DNA of 64,000 nt, taken from positions 154,318,001-154,382,000 of the forward strand of contig OX597815.1 of assembly GCA_951406725.2 (NCBI GenBank). The letters run 5' to 3'. The position numbers and the translations under genes were made by a program. The DNA comes from Octopus vulgaris (Eukaryota). Below are positions 13,789 to 24,776 of this stretch, one piece after another (positions within the stretch are counted from its first letter, which is position 1; each line of letters opens with the position of its first letter). The notes under the pieces are model-generated. The model was not told where the DNA came from and did not search any database. It worked only from the letters and a program-made list of their open reading frames with translations.

Positions 13789-14656
13789 CTAGCATTAAAG
13801 ACCCGTCGTTGCCGGGTCATAGTGCTAGTGCATGTATATATGTGTACATATTACATGTACATCTATATATATACATCTACACATAAAATGCAAAATACAA
13901 AGTTATATCTTGATATCGCTAGTGATAACAATACTCAAAATATATAACAGACTGGAATGTTTTAGCTCTTCTTTTTTCTCTACATTGTATACTTTATAGA
14001 CAATAGTCTTTTCTTTAATTCAGTTTTTTATTATTCATCTGGACTATTCCATTTCTGCACGCTAATTATATTTTTTATTTATTCCCATTCATGTGAAACC
14101 ACTTATTCAAATTCAAATCATTGATGCAATTTTATACCAATTGCTATTTTTACTTTTGTATGTTACGATTATATTATACTTTAGTTTGATTTTAATTATT
14201 ACTTACTACATATGATTCAATTGTTATTATTATTTTTATTGTTAAATTGAAAGCATCTGACATAAAATAGAGAAATATTTTTGTTTCACTTTAACACGTA
14301 ATACTGAAATAGTGGAGAAGATATGGTATTGCTATAGGCTCGCTCTAGGCAAGAAGTTGAACATTTCTTTTTGCCCATGAAACTACATGGACCCTAAGTA
14401 AGGCATGTGTAAAATTGGAATGAAATTGGTTGTGTAGTTCTAAAGTTTTAGGGAATCGTAGTGGTGAAGATATGATACTGCTGTGGGCTCGCCCTAGGCA
14501 AAAAGTTACTTTTTTTGCCGATGACACTCCCCGGACCATAAGTAAGGCATGTGTAAAACTTGAATGAAATTGGTTGTGTAGTTATCAAGTTTTAGGGAAA
14601 CACACATACAGACAGACACACACACACACACATTCTCAGTTTTATATATATAAAGA
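13789..14656 (-). mobile_element. Non-autonomous Helitron, complete
   Basis: Minus strand A|TCTTTATATATATAAAA...(TG)n start; GACCCG/CGGGTC hairpin (13800-13818); CTAG|T end; internal diverged ~150-bp tandem repeat (14310-14600). Confidence 0.85.
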
Positions 14657-14670
14657 TATATATATACATA

Positions 14671-14999
14671 AGAATTTTTGGCGTAATAAGATAAAAAACC
14701 AAAGCTGTGTAGATATTAGAGCACTTATAGATAGGACTTACAGCTGTTTCTAGGATATTAATTAATTATATCCCTTCAGCGGAGACGGTGTGAGAGGATG
14801 GTTAAGTCATAGTTAGTTTAGATGTGATACAAAATGGAGAGTGTATCGCATGTAAACTATGTCTTAACTACCCTCTCACACCGTTTCTGATGAAGGGACA
14901 TAATTAATAAATATCCTAGAAACAGCTGTAAGACATTCTATCTATAAATGCTCTAATCTACACAGTCTTGGTTTTTAATCTTATTACGCAAAAAATTCT
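14671..14999. mobile_element. Inverted pair of PLE pseudo-LTRs, each with a hammerhead motif
   Basis: Imperfect ~145-bp arms 14671-14814 / 14855-14999; (TA)n at 14645-14667 and from 15124. Confidence 0.75.
14883..14934 (+). ncRNA. Minimal type I hammerhead ribozyme (PLE-type)
   Basis: gttt-CTGATGA-a-GGGACAT..ATATCCT-a-GAAA-CAGCTG-TA-agac; palindromic stem/loop III; predicted cut after 14930. Confidence 0.75.
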
Positions 15000-15119
15000 C
15001 ATATACACACGCTGACATAGAACTAACGTTGAAAACTTTATTCGCAATATTACCGAATCTGGAACTTATAGAACTTGTTCAGCATTACTTGACACTTTTG
15101 GATCTCAACGACACCATTA

Positions 15120-15202
<83 letters not shown>

Positions 15203-15695
15203 TCTTGGTCTATATGTATATAAGGTATATATGGAAGACTTTGATAGTAAACGTAGGCAAAAATAATCGAAGAAAAGAAAAACCAAATAATCTAAAGTAT
15301 TTTTGAAAGCTGTGCAGAATAATGTTTGAATTTGATGATGATTTTTGTTGGGTACTGAGAAATTTTTATAATTTGGTGTTTTGCATATATGTGAGAACAT
15401 AGTGGACGAAGTAGGGTTGTTGGTATATAAAATACTCTTGATTTATAATAAATGAACATAGAAAACAGAAGATATGGTAAATATCAGGAAGTAGGTTTCA
15501 AAGGAAAAGTTCGGAAAAAGAGTTTATCGGTTTATAGATTTCTTTCGAGAAACCACCAATATGATGTGCTTATATGAGGGTATCAACCTACATTATATTC
15601 TTAGAAATAGAAAGAACAGAAGAGAATATTAGCGTTGAGAAAAAGTGTCGCCTTAACTCACAGGTTAACCTTTCGCACATTATTTGCTATCCTCG

Positions 15696-16030
15696 GGCTC
15701 AGTGGTTAGAGCGTCGGGCTCACAATCACAAGGTAGTGAGTTCGATTTTCTGACCGAGCTTTGTATTGTGTTCTTTAGCAAGACACTTTATTTCACGTTG
15801 CTCGCGTTCAGTCAGCTGTGGAAATGAGTTCCAACGTCATTCGTCACTGGTGTCATGCTGTATCAACCCTTGCTTATCCCATAGGCAAATCAATGGCATG
15901 AAGAGGGGAAGCTAGTACACAAATTTGACTGCTGGTCTTCCATAAACAACCTTGCACGGACTTGTGCCGCGGATGGTAGCATTCTAGGTGCAATCCCATG
16001 GTTATTCATGACTGAGAGTGATCTTTATCC
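15696..16030 (+). mobile_element. tRNA-derived CORE-type SINE
   Basis: A-box-like GGCTCAGTGG, B-box GAGTTCGATT, CORE-like GTGTTCTTTAGCAAGACACTT. Confidence 0.7.
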
Positions 16031-18028
16031 TAGTGTAAATCCTTAAACACTAGTGGGCAACACATAAATACGCATATATTTTAGAAGCTAAAGATACATA
16101 GGTACGTAAATTCATATGAAGATGCATGACTATACCTATTATTATGAACTGATACATGATACATACCTGCTTTCGCATATATCCCTATATGTGGAAGAAT
16201 AGAACATTTTCTACAATGATTCTTTTTTTTTAAATATCATTTTTTTCTTTAGTATTTATATTACTTTTTGTTCTGTCAGCAACCTTTATATAACATTATC
16301 TGATACACTCGTATAACCACGAAGTTGTTCTACTTTTTCCCGCAAAATGTTTGACCGATACTATAGTTTGAGACTTGTTCACGAAATCCTATTTCACGAC
16401 AAAATCTATATTTTCTATTATCTTCTCCTTGGTCTTTAATTACGAAGCACGAATACATATAAGCCTCATTTTATTTAATATGCTCATGCAGGCAAGTAAA
16501 ACACATGGGGCTACCTATCACTTAGTATCTAATCAAAGCTCAGCGTTAAATACATATACTCCCAGATAGAAATTCCTTCTGGGATTCTTTTGTTTGTTCT
16601 CCACATTTCCGCATTTTGCGAGTATTTTTCTGATGACAAACGCATATTTTTTTGTATTTTTCATACGAAAATCTATCTATATTGGTTTTAAATTTTCAAC
16701 CTCCACGACAAACCGAAGCAGGGAAACGCCTTATAAAGATTAGTAGTGATTTAAGTTTTCAAAAATAAAAAAAATCCGTTCCAAAAGAAGTTGTATTATT
16801 CATTGCTTTAAGAAACACACACACATACATACACACACACACACACACGCAAACATGTGCACACTCTCCACGTATATGCAGAGAAACGGAGATAGTTAAA
16901 GATACAAATATTTTTGCCTGGTGACTAGTGAAAATTTTATATAACGAAAGAAGTAGAATTTATGGATTATAGTTCAAAATCAAAGTTTTTCAAATCACAC
17001 CTTATTACTTTGGACTTGTGAAATCCCTTGGTAAGTCGTATATATCTGTGTGTATGTGCACCTGTCCGTGTTAGTATGGTTTGTCTGCGTCTGATTTTAT
17101 CCCCCTCTCTCTCTTCCTCTCACATACTCTCTCGCGCTCTCTCCCTGCCTATTTGTCTATCTACTTATCTGTCTCCCCCACTTCCTTCATTTCTCTTTCT
17201 CTTTGACAAAAAGCCAGTAGTATACTATAGAAATCTCGTTCACAATCATTTGCAAGCTGATGACATGATGCAGTAGAGATATATGCTTCAGGAATTCCAT
17301 AGTATCCGTTGAGATTAAATAAATGATAGAAAAGAGAATGTACAACATTTTTCATTTAAAACACTACAGTTCCTTCAACACATTTTGACACTCGTAGAAT
17401 ATTGGTGAGATGTTGTGCAATTATCATCATCCACCTAAGGTGTAAAATGCGTCTCCTCAGCTTATTATTTAAATTCGTTGTTATTAGATCCTACTTTCAT
17501 TTCACAGTTTGTGAGAAAACATACACAGAGCAGTGCGTCTCGAGCAATTTACAAACAAAACTAAATCCCATAGATATGATGAAAGACGAAACGCACTTAT
17601 AATCAAAAATACAAAATACAGAAATAAAGAGACTATATAGCAAGACTATAAATTGCCATAGTATAAAGAAGAAAGGGCAAAACAATAAGGAATAATATTT
17701 AATGTTTAGAAATAATAAAGTGACAAAATTATGTAGACTATTCTTCCTGTACTTATCAGCTATTTCTGTGTTCAGTTGAAGTATCTAAACTACACTCTGT
17801 TCTAGATTTTATACATATTTTTTGAAACAATTAAGCAAATAAGTTAGAAGGCATCTCTACACTCCCCCTACGCGTATATATGTATATTCTTCCATATTCT
17901 CAACTATAAGGTAGTGTATATTGCTTCATATATATACTCATATATATACTTATAATTCTGATATATGTATATTTGTATATATATATATATATATATATAT
18001 CTATATCTATATATATATATATATATAT

Positions 18029-18118
<90 letters not shown>

Positions 18119-18121
<3 letters not shown>

Positions 18122-18253
18122 AAATAGTTAAAAGTGAAAAAACTAGAGAAGGCTTGTTTTAAAAGGTTAAAAAATATATATTTGACTCAAATATATATTT
18201 TTTAACCTTTTAAAACAAGCCTTCTCTAGTTTTTTCACTTTTTACTATTTTCT
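18119..18253. repeat. Palindrome (67-bp arms, 1 mismatch) made from the PLE-terminus family seen at 21852
   Basis: Apex TTTGA-C-TCAAA at 18181-18191; arm sequence matches 21889-21958. Confidence 0.9.
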
Positions 18254-18288
18254 ATATATTCAACCACGCGCTTTCACAAACCAACTTT

Positions 18289-18333
<45 letters not shown>

Positions 18334-18340
<7 letters not shown>

Positions 18341-19485
18341 AATAAAATATATGCATATATATAAACATATATGTACGTACCTACCTCTACATGTACATAT
18401 ACACGCATATATGTGTACAGGACACCAAAAAGACGTCGAACACATAGAGAGACGAAAAACATAGACACAAACCAAGGAACAAGACAGGCAAAAAAAAGAG
18501 AGATACAGGACAATAAGCACAACGAAAAATCCCCTTCTTCAGTCGCTAAAGTTTCATCTACTAAACGTTTCGAAGGATAAAAGCGATATACTTCGAATGA
18601 AAAATTCCTTCCTGCGAAAAGCAAATCAATTAAAATTCTGAGATCTTTTCGCAGAGGGGTAAAAAAAGCAAGACGGTAACGACAGTACAAACATATAAAC
18701 AGTAAAAAATATATATATAAACAGTGGAAAAATAAATATATAACAGTGAGAGACAGGACAAGGAGAACAAAATAAGAAGGGCTGTTAACGCCAGACGAAA
18801 AAAGTATTGCAAACGCTGGATTATAGTGGACGACGAGAGAGGAAGATGTCGACCAGTGGCCTTAGAAGGCGGGCGAGAAAGGACAGGATAGCAGTTACGG
18901 CGGAAGTGTCGTCGCAGATGGACGACGGGAATGGGGGAGGAGGAGCAAGAGGAAGAGAGAGAAGAAGGGGAATGGTGCGAGGAGACCATGAAGAACAGTG
19001 AGGGGGAGAGAGAGAGGAAGAGACAAGTTAAGTGAGGGAAAAAAGACGAAAAAGGGAATGGGAGAGAAAGAAAGAAAGATGCAGAGTCGCGTGAGAGTTA
19101 ATATCAAGGCGAACTTGATAAACAGAACAATCTTACTTAATAGGGTGCGTGCGTTTAGTCGTATAATATGTTAATAAAATATATGCATATATATAAACAT
19201 ATATGTACGTACCTACCTCTACATGTACATATACACGCATATATGTGTACAGGACACCAAAAAGACGTCGAACACATAGAGAGACGAAAAACATAGACAC
19301 AAACCAAGGAACAAGACAGGCAAAAAAAAGAGAGATACAGGACAATAAGCACAACGAAAAATCCCCTTCTTCAGTCGCTAAAGTTTCATCTACTAAACGT
19401 TTCGAAGGATAAAAGCGATATACTTCGAATGAAAAATTCCTTCCTGCGAAATGCAAATCAATTAAAATTCTGAGATCTTTTCGCA
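18334..19485 (-). mobile_element. ORF-less element with 320-bp direct terminal repeats, each carrying an HHR-like motif (retrozyme or non-autonomous PLE-like)
   Basis: Repeats 18334-18653 and 19166-19485, offset 832, one mismatch seen (18620/19452). Motifs at 18529-18578 and 19361-19410. TA-rich flanks. Confidence 0.6.
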
Positions 19486-20751
19486 TATATGTTAGTTCAT
19501 TCTTCTTATTTCGGGTACTGGAAAGTACTTTTTGACGACAACTCAAATTCTTAAAATGCATTTATTACCTTTCTGTATGAAACCATTGTATAGCTACATG
19601 AATAAAAAAAAAAAGAGATCATCCATATTAGCATCTAATCTTCTGTATTTACGTAGAATGTGATTGAATTTGTTGAACTTTGTTTAATAAGTTAGATCAT
19701 ATACTTAATATACCTATACAACTTTTGATATCGACGCTAATTTACACCAGTAAATTGAAAGTAAGGTATGAAGAAACAACGTTAGATATCTTTTGGAAAC
19801 TACTCCAATTAAAGTACGAATTTCCATTCAACCTTTTAAAAGACATGTATATCAACGTATATATATATGTGTGTGTGTGTGTGTACAAATAATAAAATAG
19901 ATGGAATGTGTAATAGATTTCTTTAGGTACAGCACATGTTTCGACCTGTTCTGTGTCTCTTCGGGTACATCAATAAAATGTCTCACTAGTTTATATTCTT
20001 AATCGACGAGTAACATCACTGGCCGGTTTTATCTGGAGGCTCAAAGGAGCGAAGACAAAGTACGACCTTACATGGTCCATACTTAAACACGTAAGTCCCT
20101 ACAACACTATATCCCGCAAATGTTAGTTATGTTCCGAGGAGTCATTCTCGATAATGTTAACAAAGGTGCACTTTATAAATAAGTTCACTGAGCAATTACC
20201 CAGACGCCTCCACTTCGAAATTTTCTTGAACTATTCTACCTGGATTCTCTACATGGACTTTCTTCTGCTCTTCAGCTCTTGGACTCCCGCGCTTCGGCTG
20301 CACTCCTCTTACCCATGGATTACCCTGGACTCTTACTTTGATGAGAAATCGCTCCAGTACACCATGACGTTTGAACCATTTGAACATTTCTAAACTTTTT
20401 TGTACTTTCTGCTTTTTCCTATTGTCGTTTTTCTCAATCCGCACTTGTTACCTCCCCTCTCTTTCCCTTCCTTCTCTTTTTCCCTTTTGTCTTCTCTTCT
20501 CCCTTTCTACTCCTCTCTCTTTGTTCCTTCATTCCTCCTCCTTCTTTCTCTCCTTGATTTTAGTTTTCATTCTCCTCCCACCTCTTCTATTTTTTCTCCT
20601 TACGCCATTTGCATTTTTCTCCTCTCGCCTTTTGCATAGTTTCTACCTACACCTTTTGAATTTTTCATCCTCACGTCTTTATTTGCCTTTCTCTCTCTCT
20701 CCCCTCTATTTTCCTTTTTTCTTCTTTCTCTTTTCATCTCGTTTATCAGTC

Positions 20752-21200
20752 ATGCCCGAATACAAATCTTTCATCTTCCACATTCACCATCGCCTTAAAA
20801 ATGACCTTTCCACACTTCCACACATCCTTTCCGCTGCTTTCAACCTTCTAGTAACCTTCCCTACTAATTAAAAAAGACACACTATCTCAGCCACCTCTCT
20901 TTTCTCAGTCGCTGCCTTCATCACCGCCTCATCGCGAAAGGTTTCCAACTCCATTTTCACCCCATTCTACACTCTGCTTGAACCACCTTACCCATACTCC
21001 GTACTACATCCTACCACCTTATGCGCGCCACCATTCGTTCTAATCTCTCCAAAATATGTACCATCGACCACCTTCTCTCTCTGGCTTTTTCCATCTTCTT
21101 CTCTCAGTCACTCTCCCATGCCGTGAGCAGGTATTAATCTTCTCTCCACTTCTTTGCTCCACATGGGCTCAACTCGCCTTCCCTCTTCATGGCTTTGCTT
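20752..21200 (+). pseudogene. Penelope-like element N-terminal ORF fragment
   Basis: ATG MPEYKSF..., frameshift near 20860, then LKKTHYLSHLSFLSRCLHHRLIAKGFQLHF (20868-20957), resembling the PLE N-terminal HxxFLxRC...IPKGF motif. A decayed antisense HHR lies upstream at 19926-19968. Confidence 0.6.
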
Positions 21201-21713
21201 CAAATAAATCTTGATTTATGACTATGCCATTTAAATTGTCTATCTACTTTACCCCACCCCAAACTGATAATACACTCTGTCTTTTCTCAGATTTGATAAA
21301 CTAGCCTATAAAATTAAAAACTAACACCGCCCCCAAATTAAAATCTAAATAACAGAAATATTCAGGGAAAAGCAGTGTCTTTTCGGTTACAACTGTAAAA
21401 CATGTTCTTTGTCTTTCTCCTTATCCGCTTGGAGATTTTGGATGAAATTATACTAATGAGTCCTTCGAATTTAATTAAATTCTATGTTTTTTGTGCAGAT
21501 GAAGATTGCTCTACATTTTAAATTGATGTAATGTTTACATTGTTCAATTAAATGGAGTTGCATGAAATGATTGTACTGCCTTACCTCTGGATATCCTTGT
21601 TGATTAATTTGATTATAATCACCTTATTTTAAATTGAATGGATAATACCATACTAAATTCTAGTGCCTTCAACTTAAGTACCATATTCATATGAATCTCT
21701 CTCTCTCTCTCTC

Positions 21714-21763
<50 letters not shown>

Positions 21764-21809
21764 GAGGTATGTACGTATATTTATGTATATATATGTATCT
21801 ATCTATTTA

Positions 21810-21851
<42 letters not shown>

Positions 21852-21853
<2 letters not shown>

Positions 21854-22150
21854 TAAGAAAGTTGGTGAAAGCACGTGGTTGAATATATAGAAAATAGTAA
21901 AAGTGAAAAAACTACAGAAGGCTTGTTTTAAAAGGTTAAAAAATATATATTTGAGTCAATATGTCTGAAGAATGTTATAAATATTTTTCATACAATGACA
22001 TAGTATAGAAGAAATGACCGGTTTCGCGTTCAGCTTTTCAAATTTCTTAAAACGTTATGTTTACGTTGAGCGGTGATCGAGATAATAAGTGATTTCTTCC
22101 GGTGTAAGGGAGATAATCGCTTAAAATTATTTTTCACTTTTTACTATTTT
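21852..22150 (-). mobile_element. PLE pseudo-LTR fragment with short inverted tail, between (TA)n tracts
   Basis: Contains the HHR at 22009-22048; 22130-22150 is the reverse complement of 21891-21910. Confidence 0.7.
22009..22048 (-). ncRNA. Minimal type I hammerhead ribozyme with U3:A8 variant core
   Basis: Minus strand AAGAAAT-TTGAAAA-GC-tgaac-GC-GAAA-CCGG-TC-ATTTCTT; perfect 7-bp stem I; palindromic loop III. Confidence 0.75.
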
Positions 22151-22172
22151 ATATATATATATAAAAATATAT

Positions 22173-22224
<52 letters not shown>

Positions 22225-22228
<4 letters not shown>

Positions 22229-23842
22229 TTTGATACTTTGATACTTTGATAGGTTTCGGCCATTATTGGCCCAGGCCATGTCTAACTTAATAGCACCACC
22301 TGGTGAAGTCTTTCAAGTCAGAATTTGGGCACTATGGCCCACTCAAGTAGAGAGTTATTGTTTACAGAGACATATCCGGGTGTAGGGGGTTTATCCGGGA
22401 TTTCTTGAAGGAATCTGTCCAAAGACTTCTTGAACCCTATAGGGTCAGTTTCTGTTTTAATGTGTTTTGGTGTAATGTTAAAGAGAGCGGGGCCAATTGA
22501 GGTGAAATAATTGTGCCGTATTGTTGTTATGAGATGAGAGTGCGATTTTTGTTTTGGGCGGATGGCACGGGGCCCAAGCCTTGGATGTACCCTAAAGGTG
22601 ATGCCAACATCATTTGGGCAATGCTGATGGAATATTTTCCACATCATGCAGATGATGTAGCGCTCACGACGACGTTGGAGAGAATAGAGTTTTAGCTTTT
22701 CTAGTCGACCCCAATAGTCGAGGCCTGTCATGCCATCTATCTTTTTTGTGATTGCCCTTTGAGGTGCTTCAACTTTTATGATACCTTGTATTGTGTGGGG
22801 AAACCACAGTGGACAACAGTATTCAAGGTGGGGTCGGGCAAAGGTGGAGAAGAGAAGGATAATGGTGTGGATATCTCTCGACTGGAAAGTTCTGAGAATC
22901 CAGGAACACATTCTGCGGGCCATGTCAACTTTGGTGTTTATATGAGTGGCCCAGCTTACGTTGTTGTCCACAATTACTCCCAAGTCTCTGATGTTGTTGG
23001 ACGCTGCGAGAGTTTCACCTGAAGGAAGGGAGTATGGGAGTTTCAGGGCATCCTCTTTTCCAAAGTGGATTAGCTCAAATTTATCCTCGTTCAGCAGCAT
23101 ATTGTTTTTTTCTGCCCATTGGATAACAGCCAGTAGATCTGACTGAAGGCATGTCCGGTCACTCGCCTCATTTATGACCTTCTGTAGCTTGGAGTCATCT
23201 GCAAAGATTTTTATGTTGCTGTGCTTGATGATGTCATTAATGTCATTAATGTAAATGATGAAAAGAAGTGGGCCCAGCACAGTGCCTTGCGGAACGCCAC
23301 TACTGACTTTGGCTGGGCTTGATTTTACCCCTTCAACTACAACATGTTGAGATCTGTCTGTCAGGAAACACTTAATCCATTTCAGTAACTTTCCAGAGAC
23401 ACCAATGTTGGATAGTTTTTTCAATAGGATCTTGTGATCGACCCTGTCGAAGGCCTTACTGAAATCAAGGTAGATGACATCGGTGTTGGAGCCCTCTCCC
23501 AAAGCTCTCAAAATGTCCTCAAAGTGATGCAGGAGCTGCGTTAGGCAGTCCCTTCCATTACGGAACCCATGTTGGTTGGAGATCAGCCGTCTGTTGCTTT
23601 CCAGAAATTGGGTTATTCGAGATCTCACCACCCTCTCAAATACCTTGATGATATGAGAGGTGAGTGAGATCGGACGGTAATTCACTGCAAGGGACTTGTT
23701 TCCCTTTTTGAAAACTGGGACAACAGACTGGGACAGAAGGTTTTTTGGAATATAGCCAGCATCCAGTGAGTTTCTCCGCAGATTAGCAAGGGGAGATGCA
23801 AGTTGGTGTCGACACACCTTCAGGACACAAGCAGGGAACTTG
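22225..23842 (-). mobile_element. 5'-truncated CR1/L2-group LINE inserted in (TA)n
   Basis: RT ORF, short 3' UTR with GGCC-aataat-GGCC stem-loop, tail (CAAAGTAT)x3; TA repeats on both flanks. Confidence 0.92.
22318..23817 (-). CDS. Non-LTR retrotransposon reverse transcriptase (ORF2, 5'-truncated, no endonuclease domain)
   Basis: Motifs NYRPISLTS, QHGFR, YLDFSKAFDRVDH, SGVPQGTVLGPLLF, FADD, RDLGV, RPHLEYC, LQRRRER. Frame stays open to the truncation edge at ~23841; the listed start is GTG, not a true start. Confidence 0.93.
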   Translation of the reverse strand: MCRHQLASPLANLRRNSLDAGYIPKNLLSQSVVPVFKKGNKSLAVNYRPISLTSHIIKVFERVVRSRITQFLESNRRLISNQHGFRNGRDCLTQLLHHFEDILRALGEGSNTDVIYLDFSKAFDRVDHKILLKKLSNIGVSGKLLKWIKCFLTDRSQHVVVEGVKSSPAKVSSGVPQGTVLGPLLFIIYINDINDIIKHSNIKIFADDSKLQKVINEASDRTCLQSDLLAVIQWAEKNNMLLNEDKFELIHFGKEDALKLPYSLPSGETLAASNNIRDLGVIVDNNVSWATHINTKVDMARRMCSWILRTFQSRDIHTIILLFSTFARPHLEYCCPLWFPHTIQGIIKVEAPQRAITKKIDGMTGLDYWGRLEKLKLYSLQRRRERYIICMMWKIFHQHCPNDVGITFRVHPRLGPRAIRPKQKSHSHLITTIRHNYFTSIGPALFNITPKHIKTETDPIGFKKSLDRFLQEIPDKPPTPGYVSVNNNSLLEWAIVPKF

Positions 23843-23852
23843 TATATATATA

Positions 23853-23995
23853 TATTTCACAGATTGCCAACAATTAGTATTGGGGCTTGAAATACTTCGT
23901 TTATGACATTTCATTTCTGTTAAATTATTTATTTCCTTATTTATTTTACTCTAGAAATACGTTGAATTCTTTCTCACTGCACGCTAAATATCACC

Positions 23996-24093
<98 letters not shown>

Positions 24094-24188
24094 ATGTGTG
24101 TGTATGTGTGTGTGTATACACACACACACAAATGTGAGAGCGTGTGTATGTGCGTATACGTGTATATGTATATGTGCGTATGCCTGTA

Positions 24189-24229
<41 letters not shown>

Positions 24230-24415
24230 TTAGTGTATTTTAACCTTGTTAACAATTAACACGGAAAAAATAAATAAATAGTTACCAGGGCAGCAAATAT
24301 ATAAATATATATATATAAATAAAAAAATGGAGTTTGCTGCCCTGGTAACTATTTATTTATTTTTTCCGTGTTAATTGTTAACAAGGTAAAAATACACTAA
24401 TCTATTTATATATAT

Positions 24416-24458
<43 letters not shown>

Positions 24459-24536
24459 TACAGGCATACGCACATATACATATACACGTATACGCACATA
24501 CACACGCTCTCACATTTGTGTGTGTGTGTATACACA

Positions 24537-24633
<97 letters not shown>

Positions 24634-24776
24634 GGTGATATTTAGCGTGCAGTGAGAAAGAATTCAACGTATTTCTAGAGTAAAATAAATAAGGAAATAA
24701 ATAATTTAACAGAAATGAAATGTCATAAACGAAGTATTTCAAGCCCCAATACTAATTGTTGGCAATCTGTGAAATA
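23853..24776. repeat. Large inverted duplication (~445-bp arms, 35-bp spacer)
   Basis: Arms 23853-24297 / 24333-24776, near-identical except for microsatellite lengths; ORFs 23887(+) and 24422(-) mirror each other. Confidence 0.95.
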
